The notes beneath the pieces were generated by a model. That model was not told the DNA's origin. It saw nothing but the letters and a program-made list of their open reading frames with translations, and ran no database searches. 64,000 nucleotides of DNA from Squalus acanthias. Lineage: Eukaryota. Position 1 is the first letter of the stretch. Every line of letters begins with the position of its first letter. Position numbers and translations under genes: made by a program. Shown one piece after another: positions 1-13,600 of the stretch. The stretch spans positions 9,672,001 through 9,736,000 of the forward strand of contig CM059445.1 of assembly GCA_030390025.1 (NCBI GenBank), given 5' to 3'.

Positions 1-331
1 CTGGCTGAATTGTTCCATCCTTTGTCTGGGGTACTGAGCTCAGTTGCAATAGCCTTGGGCTCAGTCAGCTAACTCGGGATAGACCAGTAATTGAACCAGT
101 CTTGTGAATGTGGTTCAGTACTAATACATGTGCATTTATCAGCTGATTTATCAGTCCAAATCTATTTAAGGTTAACTTGAGGCAACTTTTTGGGTTTTGA
201 TGATAACTGTTCCCTGATGCAATATCTGCCTGCGTGCATAATAAAATAAATGAAGATAGCAATACTCAATTAGTGAGAAATATTGACTAAATAGCTGCTA
301 TTTAAATACTCTTGGTTGTGTTTTATTGCAG

Positions 332-379
332 GCTATGGAACTGGTGATTCTTGGAACACTGGAGCCACTAATTCTCAAG
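332..379 (+). CDS. akap8l: AKAP8/AKAP8L-family gene, first coding exon in window (internal exon)
   Basis: ttttattgcag|GC TAT GGA...CAA G|gtaaga; encodes GYGTGDSWNTGATNSQ, resembling the Gly/Tyr-rich N-terminus of AKAP8/AKAP8L; phase 1-1 fits the next exon. Confidence 0.8.
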
Positions 380-805
380 GTAAGATTTTCCACTAGTTTC
401 TTGGTTGTCTATCTCCTAATCTCATTGTATTTTACAATGAGTATATCACACTTTTCTACTAAGGCAAAAGAAAATTAGCTGCTGGTTGAGTTTGACTTCC
501 AACTGGCAATTGATGAGTGGATACCACTCTGCAAAGTTCGCTGACCAAATAGTGAAACTCTTCATTGATATGAAACTCTGTTCTACTTAAGTTAGATGTT
601 TTGCACTTGAGCACAGTTCCATCTTAGCATGAAAAAATGGTATGGAAGGTGTGTGTGTGTGTGTGTACCTCAGTTTAATGTATGACCAGCACACTTTGCT
701 ACAGGTGCAAAGCAATTTTTTTAATATAAAAGTAGTATTTAAGAAATCATATTGTGCTGCTGCTAACTTGGAGAAAACAATTCTCTCTGATTGACTGGGA
801 TTTTT

Positions 806-3800
806 TTTTATTCGTTCATGGGATCTGGGTGTCTCTGGCAAGGCCAGCATTTATTGCCCATCTCTAATTGCCCTTGAGAAGGTGGTGGTGAGCTGCCTTC
901 TTGAACTGCTGCAGTCCGTGTGGTGAAGGTACTCCCACAGTGCTGTTAGGGAGGGAGTTCCAGGATTTTGACCCAGCGACAATGAAGGGGCAGCGATCTA
1001 CTTCCAAGTCAGGATCGTGTGGGACTTGGAGGTGGCGGTGTTCCCATGCGCCTGCTGCTCTTGTCCTTCTAGATGGTAGAGGTCGCGGGTTTGGGAGGTG
1101 CTGCCGAAGAAGCCTTGGCGAGTTGCTGCAGTGCATCTTGTAGGGTACACACTGCAGCCACGGTACGTTGGTGGTGGAGGGAGTGAATGTTTAAGGTGGT
1201 GGATAGGATGTTAATCAAGCGGCCTGCCTTGTTCTGGATGGTGTCGAGCTTCTTGTGTTGTTGGAGCTGCACTCATCCAGGCAAATGGAGAGTATTCCAT
1301 CACACTCCTTACTTAGTCATAACGGCACAGAAGGAGGCCATTTGGCCCATCTAGTCCATGCAGGCTCTCTGTAGAGCAATCCAGTCAGTCCCATTCCCCC
1401 ACTGTATCTCTGTAGACCTGCAAGTTTATTTCCCTCGTGCCTATCCAGTCTTCCCTTAAACATTGAGTGTCTCCGCTTCCACCACTTCTGTCGGCAGCGA
1501 ATTCCAGGTCCTCGCCACTCGCTGCTTAAAGTTTCCCCTCACTTCCCCCCGTATCTCTTGCCCAAAACCTTAAATCTGTGTCCTCTAGTCCTTGTACCAT
1601 CAACTAGTGGGAACAGCCTTTCCCCGTCTAGCCTATCCAAACCTGTCATATCTTGTACACCTCTATCAAATCACCCCTCAACCTCCTTTGCTCTAATGAA
1701 AACAAATCCAGCTTCTCCACCCTGTCCTTGTACCCAAGATCCCCCATCCCCAGAACCATTCTGGTGAATCTCCTCTGCACCCTCTCAAGGGCCTTCACAT
1801 CCTTCCTAAAGTGTGGTGACCAGAACTGGAAGCAGTACTCCAGTTGTGGCCTAACCAGCGCTTTATAAAGGTTCAGCATAACTTCTCTACTTTTGTACTC
1901 AATACCTCTATTTATGAAGCCCAAGATCCCATATGCTTTGCTAGCCACTCTCTCAATATGTCTTGCCACCTTCAGGGACCTATGCACATTAACTCCCAGG
2001 TCCCTCTGTCCCTGTGCACTCTTTAAAACTGTGCCATTAAGTGTATATTGCCTCTCCCTGTTCCTTCTGCCAAAATGCATCACCTCACACTTCTCTATTA
2101 AATTCCATCTGCCACTTGTCTGCCCATTCTGCTAGCCTTTCTATGTCCTGTTGCAGTCGATTGGTATCATCTCATTGTTTGCCACACTCCAAGTTTGGTG
2201 TCATCGGCAAATTTAAAATTTCTACTCTGTATTCCAATGTCCAGGTCATTTATATATCAAAAAAAGCAGTGGCCCCAGCACTGACCCTTGGGGAACACCA
2301 CTGTCTACCATCCTCCAGTCTGAAAAACAGCCATTTACCACAACTTGCTGTTTTCTGTCCTTAAGCCAATTCCTTATCCAAGCTGCCACTGACCCACCTA
2401 TTCCATGCGCCTCAATTTTGTTAACCAGCCTTCTATGTGGTACTTTGTCAAACGCCTTCCTAAAATCCATGTAGACAACATCCATTGCATTCCCTTCATC
2501 AATCCTCCCTGTTACTTCATCAAAAAATTAAATTAGCTTAGTCAAACATGATCTGCCTTTTACAAATCCGTGTTGGCTCTCATTAGTTTAAACCTCTCCA
2601 AGTGCCCGTTAATTTTTTCCTTGATTATTGTTTCTAAAACTTTACCCACCACTGATGTTAAACTGACTGGCCTGTGGTTACTAGGATTGTCCTTACACCC
2701 TTTCTTGAACAGTGGTGTCACTTGTGCCTTGTAGATGGTGGAAAGGCTTTGGGGAGTCAGGAGGTGAGACACTCGCCGCAGAATACCCAGCCTCTGACCC
2801 GCTCTTGTTGCCACAGTATTTATGCGGCTGGTCCAGTTAAGTTTCTGGTCAATGGTGACCCCCAGGATATTGATGGTGGGGGATTCGGCGATGGTAATGC
2901 CATTGAATGTCAAGGGGCGGTGGTTAGACTCTCATTTGTTGGAGATTGTCATTGCCTGGCACTTCTGTGGCGCGAATGTTACCTGCCACTTTTCAGCCCA
3001 AGCCTGAACGTCGTTCAGGTCTTGTTGCATGTGGGCATGGACTGCTTCATCATCTGAGGAGTTGTGAATGGCACTGAACATTGTGCAGTCATCAGCGAAC
3101 ATTCTCATTTTTGACCTTATGTTGGAGGGAAGGCCATTGATGAAGCAGCTGAAGATGGTTGGGCCTAGGACACTGCCCTGAGGAACTCCTGCAGTGATGT
3201 CCTGGGGCTGTGATGATTGACCACCAACCACCACAACCATCTTCCTTTGTGTTAGGTATGACTCCAGCCAGTGGAGAGTTCTCCACCCCCCCCCCCTCCC
3301 CCTGATTCCCATTGACTTCAGTTTTACTAGGACTCCTTGATGCCACACTCTGCCAAATGCTACCTTGATGGCAAGTGCAGTCACTCTCGCCTCACCTCTG
3401 GAATTCAGCTCCTTTGTCCATGTTTGGACCAAGGCTGTAAAGTGGTCTGGAGCTGAGTGGTCCTGGTGGAACCCAAACTGGGCATCAGCAAGCAGGTTAT
3501 TATAAGTGCCGCTTGATAGCACTGTCGACGATGATTGAGAGTGGACTGATGGGGCGGTAATTGGCTGCATTGGATTTGTCCTGCTTTTTATGGACAGGAC
3601 ATACCTGGGCATTTTGCCACATTGTTGGATAGATGCCAGTGTTGTAGCTGTACTGGAACAGCTTGGTTGGAGGCGCGGCTAGTTCTGGACCACAAGTCTT
3701 CAGCACGACAGCCAGGATGTTGTCGGGGCCCATAGCCTTTTCTGTATCCAGTGTGCTCAGCCGTTTCTTGATATCACGTGGAGTGAATCGAATTGGCTGA

Positions 3801-5035
3801 AGACTGGCTTCTGTGGTGGTGGGGACCTCGGGAGGAGGCCGATATGGATCATCCACTCGGCACTTCTGGCTGAAGATGGCCGCAAACGCTTCAGCCTTGT
3901 CTTTTGCACTCGCGTGCTGGGCTCCACCATCATTGAGGATGGGGATATTCATGGAGCCTCTTCCTCCCATTAGTTGTTTAATGGTCCACCACCATTCACG
4001 ACAGGACTGCAGAGCTTTGATCTGATCAGTTGATTGTGGGATTGCTCAGCCCTGTCTACAGCATGCTGCTTCTGCTTTTTAGCATGCATGTAGTCCTGAG
4101 TTGCAGCTTCCTCAGGTTGGCACCTTATTTTTAGGTACGCCTGGTGCTGCTCCTGGAATGCTCTTCTACACTCCTTATTGAACCAGGGTTGGTCACCTGG
4201 CTTGAGGGATATGCTGGGCCATGAGGTTACAGATTGTGGTGGAATACAATTCTGCTGATGGTCCATAGCCCCTCAGGAATGCCCAGTTTTGAGCTGCTAG
4301 ATCTGTTCTGAATCTATCCCATTTAGCACAGTGGTAGTGCCACACAACACGATGGAGGGTGTCCTCCGTGTGAAGACAGGACTTCTGCTACCAATACTGT
4401 CATGGACGGATGCATCTGCGACAGGTAGATTGGTGAGGATGAGGTCAAGTAGATTTTTCCCTCGTGTTGGTTCTCTCATCACCTGTCGCAGGCCCAGACT
4501 GGCAGCTATGTCCTTCAGGGCTCAGTCAGTAGTGGTGCTATCGAGCCACTCTTGGTGATGGAAATTGAAGTCCCCCACCCAGAGTACATTCTGTGCCCTT
4601 GCTACTACTCTCAGTGCTTCTTCCAAGTGGTGTTCAACATGGAGGAGTACTGATTCATCAGCTGAGGAAGGGCGGTAGGTGGTAATCAGCAGGAGGTTTC
4701 CTTGTCCATGCTATACCTGAAGCCATGAGACTTCATGGGGTCTGGAGTCAATGTTGAGGACTGCCAGGGCCACTCCTTCCCGACTGTATACCACTGTGCC
4801 GCCAACCTTGGTGGGTCTATCCTGCCGGTTGGACAGGACATACCCAGGGATAGTGATGGAGGAGTTTGGGACATTGGCTGAAAGGTATGACTGTCAGGCG
4901 GTTGCTTGACTAGTCTGTGGGACAGCTCTCCCGATTTTGGCACAAGTCCCTAGATGTTGGTGGGGAGGACTTTGCAGTGTCGACTGGGCTGGGTGTGCTG
5001 TTGTCGTGTCCGTAGCCGGTGCCGAGGTTGATTCC
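806..5035 (-). mobile_element. Long degraded CR1-group LINE (endonuclease + RT remnants), interrupted at 1315-2719
   Basis: Frameshifted fragments: PTRGKNLLDLILTN (APE), KAMGPDNI, NYRPISPLS, GVPQGSVLGP, FADD; 3' tail at about 806-870. Confidence 0.85.
1315..2719 (-). mobile_element. 5'-truncated CR1 LINE nested in the element above
   Basis: RT fragments DVVYMDFRKAFDKVPH, GVPQGSVLGP, LVRPQLEYC; host sequence resumes at 2720; 'actt' flanks both sides. Confidence 0.88.
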
Positions 5036-6544
5036 GGATGCCCAAGATTTATTGATTTTAAATTGATCCCATGAGTTGCACCCTATCTACAGAATATGAT
5101 CCTCATTAGATTAAATAATTATTTGTAATACAATAATGCTAACTCGCTGGGGACCAGTGCCCCAGCAAGATTATGTGGACACGTGGAGCCATCCGGATCA
5201 AGAAGGTTTAGGTTTGCTGAGCTAGCTTGCTGACAGTAGGAGGCACTCCCAACTTGCCTCAGTGACCCTGGATTACAGAGTGGAAAAAATGGTTAAGGGG
5301 TCTACTCCTGATTATATCTGTGATGCCTATGGGATGTCTTTGTGGATGATGGGTGAGGACACGAAACAGCTTTGCTGTGACTACACCTCTCTCACAGTTG
5401 ATTAGCGCACTGTTACGCACGCATGTTTCCTTTCATTATTTTCTGTTACGTATCTTCAATTATATAAATTTGACATTTACATATTGAGCAGTTTTCACTG
5501 ACCGGTTTGCTTTGATGTATTGAAATCTGTACTGAAGGTGCTGACCTCTGGTGTGGTATGGTTCTGTGCACTCTTTCAGATGTTCGCCCTATTCTTCAGG
5601 CGAGGGCCCCACTGCCGAGCCCAGTCCTGATTGCACCCGACATCCACATGTACATTAGGATTTCAGTACTTTTTCACGTGCACAGCATGATGAACCAGAT
5701 CCGTAGGCAAGTCCCTGATTTAATGAACTGAAACGTGACCTTGTGCATGAAGTAAGCTCAGAGGTAGTGTGCCCAGTGCAACCACAACACCGATTCTCTT
5801 TGATAGACTGGCAAATAACACTCTTGACAGACTATATTTGTGAAGCACAAGCTAAGAAGTAAACTTGGATTCAGTGTTCCCACCATGTCAGCTGTCTGGT
5901 GAATGCAAGTTGACGCCAGAGCGTAGTTATGGGTCAATAATTGTATTCAGCCCTTCGCTTTGAACCCAGAACTAAAACAGTAGTTTTTTTCCAAGTCTTT
6001 AACTGTTGAATACAGCTCTCCTACACAATCAGGTTCTACCTCCTTCAGGGCAAAGCCAAGCTGGTAACATCTTGCTTTTGGACCTCATGTTGTGACAAAC
6101 ACTCAGTTGATTGGTTGTGTATCTTGCAGCCAGATGAGCCATGTTATAAAGTCATTCTTCCATCTGTGTGACTCAGTTATTAGTGATCCTTATTTAGAGT
6201 TGATTCATTTCTTTTTTAACCCCCCAACCCCTGCCTCCCCACCAAAAGTGACAATATGCACTGTAGGTCCAATGGAACACATTTTATTCTGTAGAAGTGC
6301 ATGCCACAGTTAACCCTCCCTCACTCACACTTTCCTCGCCTCCAATCCCAGAAGTTTGAAAACTTGGAAGCCTCGGCTCTTTAAACCTCCCAGGATTGGT
6401 AAAGGTTACTCTTCACTGCTAGCAGGCAGCCTTTTCCACTCTTCCAGTCCCTAGAAGTTTAAGGAACTGTAGTAACGTTCACCGTGTATGCAAAGATGAC
6501 GAACCTGTGGGGGCTTTTGAGATTTCTTTTGGCTTGCCATGGTA

Positions 6545-6850
6545 TCCTAGGTGCCTCTTGCACATTTTCTTGATATTTGACTCTAGCCTTTTGTGGATCT
6601 CCTCCCTCCCTTCGCTTCATTGGCAGCCATACCTTCAGCTATCTAGGTCCAACGCTCTGGAATTCCCTCCCTAAACCTAAAGCTCTCTACCCCCATCTCC
6701 TCCTTTTAAAGATCTCCTTAAAATCCACCTCTTTGACCAAGCTTTTGGTCAACCCCCCTGAATAGTTTATCTTTGTCTTGACGTCGACTTTTGCCTCTGA
6801 AGCACCTTGGAGCATTTTTCTACATGATATAAATGCCAGCTGTTTTTAGC
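6545..6850 (+). mobile_element. L2 LINE 3' remnant
   Basis: ctctggaattccctccctaaacc...ctctttgaccaagcttttggtca...tataaatgc; same tail as the L2 at 51310-52115. Confidence 0.65.
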
Positions 6851-7393
6851 AGCTAGTCTGTTTTCAGCCAGCAGTAAATTAATTGAAGTGACCACCGCCG
6901 CAAGCTTCCATAAATTAAAAATAAAATTGACCTGTTGTGTTGAAATGATTTTTGGGTCTGTCGGTGCAAACTTCACTAATGACACACTTCCTCAAAAAGA
7001 GGCTCAAATTCCAGCAGTTTATATTTTCCCACATTTTATTTTTGTTTCATTGAGACTTGGATGCTAGTGATTCTAGCTGCTCTTCACCATGATATCATTT
7101 AAAGAGGAATCAAATGTATCTTGTTCTCTGATCTCTCAAAGGTGTGCCATTCTGGGAGTTCAGGAGCCACATGACTAATGCAAGTTGCATTAAGGGATTT
7201 GGTGTGTTTACTGTTGATGTATTGTGATGTCGAGTAAATGTCAAGATTGTTGAGTGATAATCCCTGGAAAATGAGAATATGTCACAATTTGCTTCTGATG
7301 CTTGACTTTGGAGGTAATATGTATATCTGGGATAGTTTTAAAATCTAGGAGTTGTACATCTTGCCTAAAAAATCATTCTCCTTTCCCTTTCAG

Positions 7394-7598
7394 AATATGA
7401 TGGCTATGATTACAGTTACACCCAGGATACAATACCCAGTTCTGCAACAAATTATGGCTACAATGCTGGCAATAAGACTTGGGAGCTCCCCAAAAATACA
7501 GCCACCGACACCATCATTGCTAAGATCAACAAGCGCTTGGACATGCTTTCTCAACTAGAAACTGAAAACCAGGCACAAGACACTTACCAGGACAACAG
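7394..7598 (+). CDS. akap8l: AKAP8/AKAP8L-family exon
   Basis: cctttcag|AA TAT GAT...AAC AG|gtattt; EYDGYDYSYTQD...DTIIAKINKRLDMLSQLE matches the conserved I(A/S)(K/R)INQRLDM motif of AKAP8/8L. Confidence 0.92.
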
Positions 7599-10161
7599 GT
7601 ATTTGCTGGAATGTCGGTGCAAACAGGAAGAATAATGCCATATGTAAATTCCTTTTAAAGGCATTGCACCCAGGCACAAACACATTTCCTCTGTGTATCA
7701 GTGTGTTCTTAGATGGAGGGTTTCAATCGTAAAGGTTTAAAAGTAAACTTTCAAAATACTTGATGGCAAACTTTTAAATTCTGGAGAAGACAATCTTCTC
7801 TTGACTAGAATATTTTCTCTTGGAGTTTAAAATCCACTTCATCCATCATTCAGTCTCTACCACACTGGTCATCTTTTCAATGGGACTGCTCATTTGACAA
7901 GTGTGGGTCATTGTCAATGGAGTCTTTTTAAAACTTGCTGTAAATTTTAGGGTTTAGTGAAGACATTTAGAGAAGTTTCCTGGAATTCACTTCCAGGAAA
8001 AAGTACAGGGTTTCACCATGTTGTTTTGGGGGGCTAATGTCTGACTTAAACAAGCTCCTCTTGATGGTTCCATGACTCTTTTAAATGGGCAGTTTTTGAA
8101 TTGGTAGGATCAAAGTTTACAGTGAAATTTATTCTAATACGTTATGTTTGGTAATTTGATAGTTAAAGCTGACACTTTGAACCAAGTAGATTAATATTTT
8201 AGATCTCCGTTCTGAGAGAATTGGTGATCCACTAGCTGAATCAGTCAGATTGCTTTTAATTTATTTGCAAAATGATTAAACAGGTTGTCAAACTGCTTCT
8301 GAATTGTAGACCCTCTAAATAATTTTAATTACAAAAGTTGCTACCTTTCCACAAGAATTTCATAGCCCCCAACTTCTATGTTGAACATGTTTTTTAGATA
8401 CCAAGGCGAAGGTGTGTAATATAGGGTCCCGCTCAAGTTGAAACGAGTAAAAGAGGTTCAGGTAGCAATTAGGTGAAGCTTGGATTTTGACAGTTTGGAG
8501 ATTGTTGGAGGAATAAAAGTTTGAAGAAGTCTTGTTGAGTGTCAGGAAATTGGGATGAGTTGATTTTGAAATAGTGTGGATTTTTGTTAGGCGAGGGTAT
8601 TGAGGTTTACGGAACCAAGGTGGGTGGATGTAGTTGAGATACAGATCGGCTATGATCTAATTGAATGGCGGAATGGCCAACTCCTGTTCCTATCTAGGGA
8701 AGAGGAAGAGACTATAATTATTTTACTCTTGCCAGCACAATGTAAGCCAGTTGCAACATGCCTCAGGTCTAAAAATCATTGATGCATTTCCTCCAAACAC
8801 TTCAATTGAATTTTCATAAAATTGAAGTTTTGCAAAACTTGCCAAGATAGACTGATTGTCCTAAGGAGTGTTTTCAAACTGTTGACAGGAGTGTTGCAGA
8901 GTTGCCAACCATCAGTTTTCAGGGATATGGCCCCTTTTTTTAAACCTTGAATTCAACATTTTCTTTTCAGCATCAATCTTAGTTACATGCAGGGTGATAG
9001 TTCCCCAGATGAGTACTGTTGCCCCAGATTTTCGTACGAGTCTAGCTCCTCCTTAGCCCATGGGAGATTTGAGACTCAAATTTAAACAGGAAATTTGAGT
9101 CATTGGCATAGAAAGAGTGGGGTGGAGGGGAAACAGTCACCCTAAATGCTTGAAAGGTTGGCATCTCCTGTGCTGTTACTTCCTTCCATGTACTGCATGT
9201 GCTCAAACACCCTGGTATATTTACAACCCCATTTACGCAATCAGATTAGTTACTGATGCAAAACTAAGCTTACTTAGCACTCTGAGCTCCACTGCTTCCC
9301 ATTTGTCTTGGAATTTAGACAGGTAGTCCAATGCAACGTTAACGATCCATTCACAGCAAGGTGCTACATTTAAAATGGTGAAATTAATTGCACTTTAAGG
9401 TCCCTTTTAAGCTGGATTGGCAATGTAAATGGGGCTTCAGCAGGGTATCTGCAGTAATATCTGTACTTGGCCTAGAATGTGTAGCACGGTGGAAAAATCC
9501 CCATCGTTTCTGCTGGCTGTAAGGACGAGATCTGGTTCTCAAAGGTAATGTGTCCAATAATGTCAGGTAAATGATGTAAGCACATAAAAGCCAATAAGCC
9601 AAACAATTCTGTTTTGTCATTTTAAGGTTGCCATTGAGTTCATAGCCTCTGTAACTCCTCCCCTTCCCCCCCACCCCCCCACATCTCCCATATGTAATGG
9701 TTAACATGGCATACAACTTTAAAATGGCTAAAATCCAAAAACTGGTGGATTTTTCCATTCTGCTGTTTACTATATTGCAGCACGCTAATAGATGGCAGTG
9801 TGTACACAAGAAGAGTGACCACACTGCCAAAAAGCTATAGAACGTGGACCATTATAAAGTATGTTGCAGTTTGTTAACCCATGTTGAGATATTTATCCGT
9901 TAAACTTTTCCAGTGACCCATTTTCTGCTATTGTAATCAGCAGTTTAGTAAATGCAATAGAAGTGTTTGTTAGAGGCTGGCCATTTCAGCCAGTGCTTAT
10001 TTACTTACTGCAAATCACCTAGGTTCTGTGATTAGCAAAAATGTCATTAGCTGAAACTATGTTGTTTAGTTTTTTAGTCTGCAATCACTTCTTGGCAGAC
10101 TTGTACCATGGTACTTACCAGCTACTGACCAGATTCCTTGCTTGCTGTGCGACTCTTGCAG

Positions 10162-10642
10162 GTTTACACCTTACGAGTCCTACGACTCCGGGTCTTCACT
10201 GAATGACCGTGATCTGTACAGATCTGGCTACGGTTACAGTGAATATGGGCCTGATTATAACGATTCCTATGGAGGTCGCTATGACCACTACGACAGCTCC
10301 TACGGGACCCGCAAAGATCAGTTCCAGAACAGAGCACGTGACCCATACGGCCCTACTAACCAGTGGGGCCAGAACTGGTCTAGAGACCGGCCTCCATATA
10401 ACAGACCCAATCGGAACGACCCCTTCATGTCACCTGCAAGTTCCGGGCGAATGTCTGCACGCTGGAATGAGCTGTCGATGGGAGGCAGGGGCCCCAACGC
10501 CGCCACCGCCTCCTCCACCAGGAACCTCCCTTCGCTCTTCTCCCCAAACATTATCCCCATGGACCTGTTCAGAGTTCAGGGATCGGGAAGACCGTTAGGA
10601 GGTGGCAGACAGCGAAGGAGAGACAGGATTCGAAGCAGAGGC
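10162..10642 (+). CDS. akap8l: AKAP8/AKAP8L-family exon (Tyr/Gly/Arg-rich disordered region)
   Basis: cttgcag|G TTT ACA...AGA GGC|gtaagt; FTPYESYDS, DRDLYRSGYGYSE, WNEL, LPSLFSPNIIP motifs. Confidence 0.93.
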
Positions 10643-11929
10643 GTAAGTACCTTTTTTTTAATACTTTTTATTTTATCCAGTAATGAATAGGTAAAATGAG
10701 GGATTGGGAAAGTTTAATCATGTTTGTTTGTAGCGGGACAGTTGTCTTTGGTTTTTTTTTGTTTAAGGATAGGGTTTTTAATTTTTTTTTTATTGAAGTG
10801 GACCAATGTGATCTTCCAGCAGTTTGTCCAAAAAGTTTCATTTTCATGTACAGTGTTTCAACTAGTGCAGAATCGAAGGTGCTAAAAGATACTAGGGTGT
10901 CTATAATCCAAGTCACACCACCCCTTTGTTTAAAGCCAGAAATCTGCAGTGTACTATAATAGCATTGTGGTTATTTAAGTCTTGAGAATCATTAACAGTG
11001 AGAATATCAATTTCCACAACCTGAATTCAGTATTAAATCGGCGATGAGTCACTCCTACTTCAACCTAGGGTATTTGCACGCAGATGCTTATTAGACTGAG
11101 TGTACAATTTGTGAAACAGATTTTAAGGTCTCTGTCTTGAATTACAAGATGAACATTTCCTCCTTTTTAGTGTCTTCACATTATAAAATTCAGGATCTGA
11201 ATATTGAGTCCTGCTTAACTTTTTTCATCAATTGATTTCCCCCCCTAAATACTGTGTTAAACTTGTATATTAAAAATGCTACATCTAGTGCTCCCAGACT
11301 GTTGGTGATACAAAATGGTCTTGAAATGCTGAGTGTTTCTGATCTGTACTTTTTACTTCCAGCCTGGAACTGACAAGCACATTCCAATTTTCAGATTAAA
11401 CAATTAAACTGAGCACAATTAGACTCTGCGGCCTTGAAAGGGACACGGCTGCACTGTAGAATGTAATACACTACACTGTTTAATGCACAATGTATCATCT
11501 GCCTTAGAGTGCGCAATGCCACTGGAGATCTGCTTATTAGTTGAGCAGGTGCAGTGTAACTTGAAAATGCAAGGGCTTTCGTCGTACTGAAACAAAATTA
11601 TCTAAATGTCTTGTGAAATGTTGTGGTTTCTCCAGTGTAAATAATGAGCATATTTCCATAATCCATCACACGGCAATGATCCTATTCTAGTTGAAGCTGT
11701 TTGGTAGGCTGCAGTATCCCTTCTCTGGTCACATTTTCAAATTTGAAAGCATTTTCAGACGCTTGATCCGCCATCCCTCTGAATTCGGTAACTTTTTAAA
11801 AGGAAAATCTAATTTACGATGAATTATTTCAAATCACAAAGGTAGCAGTGTTTGTTTTGGCAGGCATCAGGGTAAAACCTGATTTCTGAGGGCCAACGAC
11901 TTGCTGAGTTTAATAAAATGGTAACAGTT

Positions 11930-13600
11930 TCAGGCAGGAGAACAGTTGATCCATCTAGCCCAGCTATCTACAGTTTTCCCTTGATGCATTTTTAACAACC
12001 CTAAATCACATTTGTTGACATGAACCTGTCTAATCTCTTCTCAAAACCCAGTGAGGTTTCTTGTTCCACCTTCCATGTATGTTCACATCCTTGGCACCCT
12101 TTCAGTAAAAATAGTTTCTCCTGCATTTCCTATTTTCTTTTGTTGTCCTTAATTTGTAAATACGACGCCTTGTGTTTAATTTCTGTACACAACAGAAAAG
12201 CTTTCTTGGATCAAATTTGTCCAAACCTTTCATGATTTTAAACGCTTCTCTCGAGTGAAAACGAATCGGGCTAGTCAATCTTTCTTCATACGCCATTCCC
12301 TTATGTTCTGGGATCATCAGTATAGCTGTTCTCTGTATCTCTTCTATTCACATCATTTTTGAAGTAGGGAGACCAAAACTGCATGCACTACTCCAGATGT
12401 AGTTTCACCAGGGTCTATTAGTGTTTAAATTACCTTTCTGGGTCTTGATGTTATGCCTCTTGCTGTGCATCCCAAATTTCTGTAGTTTTTTTTTTAACCG
12501 TCTGGGAACCTTGTGCTAATTGTTTGTGACCTGTCCACTTAAACCCCCAAGATCTCGCTCGCCTGCTCTGATACCTCGAGCACATTCCCATTTAGCATAC
12601 AATCCATATGAACCTTCCCTCTGCCAAATCTCATAACCGTACCGAATTGAATTGCATCTGCTATTTCGCCTTCCACTGCTCCCAATTTGGTATTGTCTGC
12701 AAATTTGGACATAATTCCTTCCTGTCATTTATAATTTTTTTTATATATCAGTAATACCTGCCCCCACACTGAATCTTATGGCACTACTAACTGAGATTGA
12801 TAGATTTTTGTTAGATAACGGTATGAAGGGATATGGAACAAATTTGGGTGAGGTGGAGTTGAGGTACAGATCAGCCATGATCTAATTGAATGGCAGAACA
12901 GGTTCAAGGGGCTGAATGGCCTACTCTTGTTCCTATGCCTGCCCATGCACTACTGCCTATCTACCAACCAACCATTTGTCAGTCCATTTTAATACATTCC
13001 CATCTATCCCATGGGCTTGCCCTTGCGCAGTAGCCTATTATGTGTGATAGTGTCAAATATCTTCCTGAAATCCAGGTAGATAACATCCACCACTCTCCCT
13101 TATCTAATAGGTCTGATGCCATCTCGAAGGAATCTAATAATCAGGTATAACCTCTCGCTCCTAAAACCATGCCCCTCAAGATACTCCCTTATATTATCCA
13201 TCTTAATACTTTCAAACATTTTCCCAACAGTGGCCACAACACCAGCAGATCTATAATTTGATGATTTATATCTCTCATCACTTTTTTGAAGATGGGAGTC
13301 ATGATTTTCCAATCCTTTGGGATTTGGCCTGAGTCCAGTGAACTCTGGAAAAATATCCACAAGAGGACTTGCAATTGTTTGAGCCAATTCTTTCAGAACC
13401 CTGGAATGAGAAGTTGAAATGAAATTCTACCTTGAATTTCATTAACCTCCCCAATATGCCCCCTCTTGTGATTTAACATTTTTTCGTCTACATTTACCTT
13501 TAAGCATACCCCCAATTCTGACATTTCTCTCCCATTTCTTCTGTCAAAGCTGATGAACAATACTGAGGCAGTTCCACAACCCTCAGACACCACTTCCCCA
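11930..13600 (-). mobile_element. Highly degraded CR1 LINE containing a + strand CR1 tail (about 12790-12937)
   Basis: Remnants IFQSSLDSGQIPKDWK, YEERL, FKIMKGLD; inserted tail cagccatgatctaattgaatggc. Confidence 0.7.

Noticed and set aside
806-5035. Active autonomous LINE or domesticated RT gene
   Set aside because: Multiple stops and frameshifts plus a nested insertion; no intact ORF2
5687-5731. Box C/D snoRNA (ATGATGA...CTGA)
   Set aside because: Only 45 nt between box ends, with no terminal stem or recognisable guide
5580-5751. Cryptic exon overlapping an antisense SINE fragment
   Set aside because: Plausible splice sites but a short pyrimidine tract, an in-frame stop and no other support; such pseudo-exons are common
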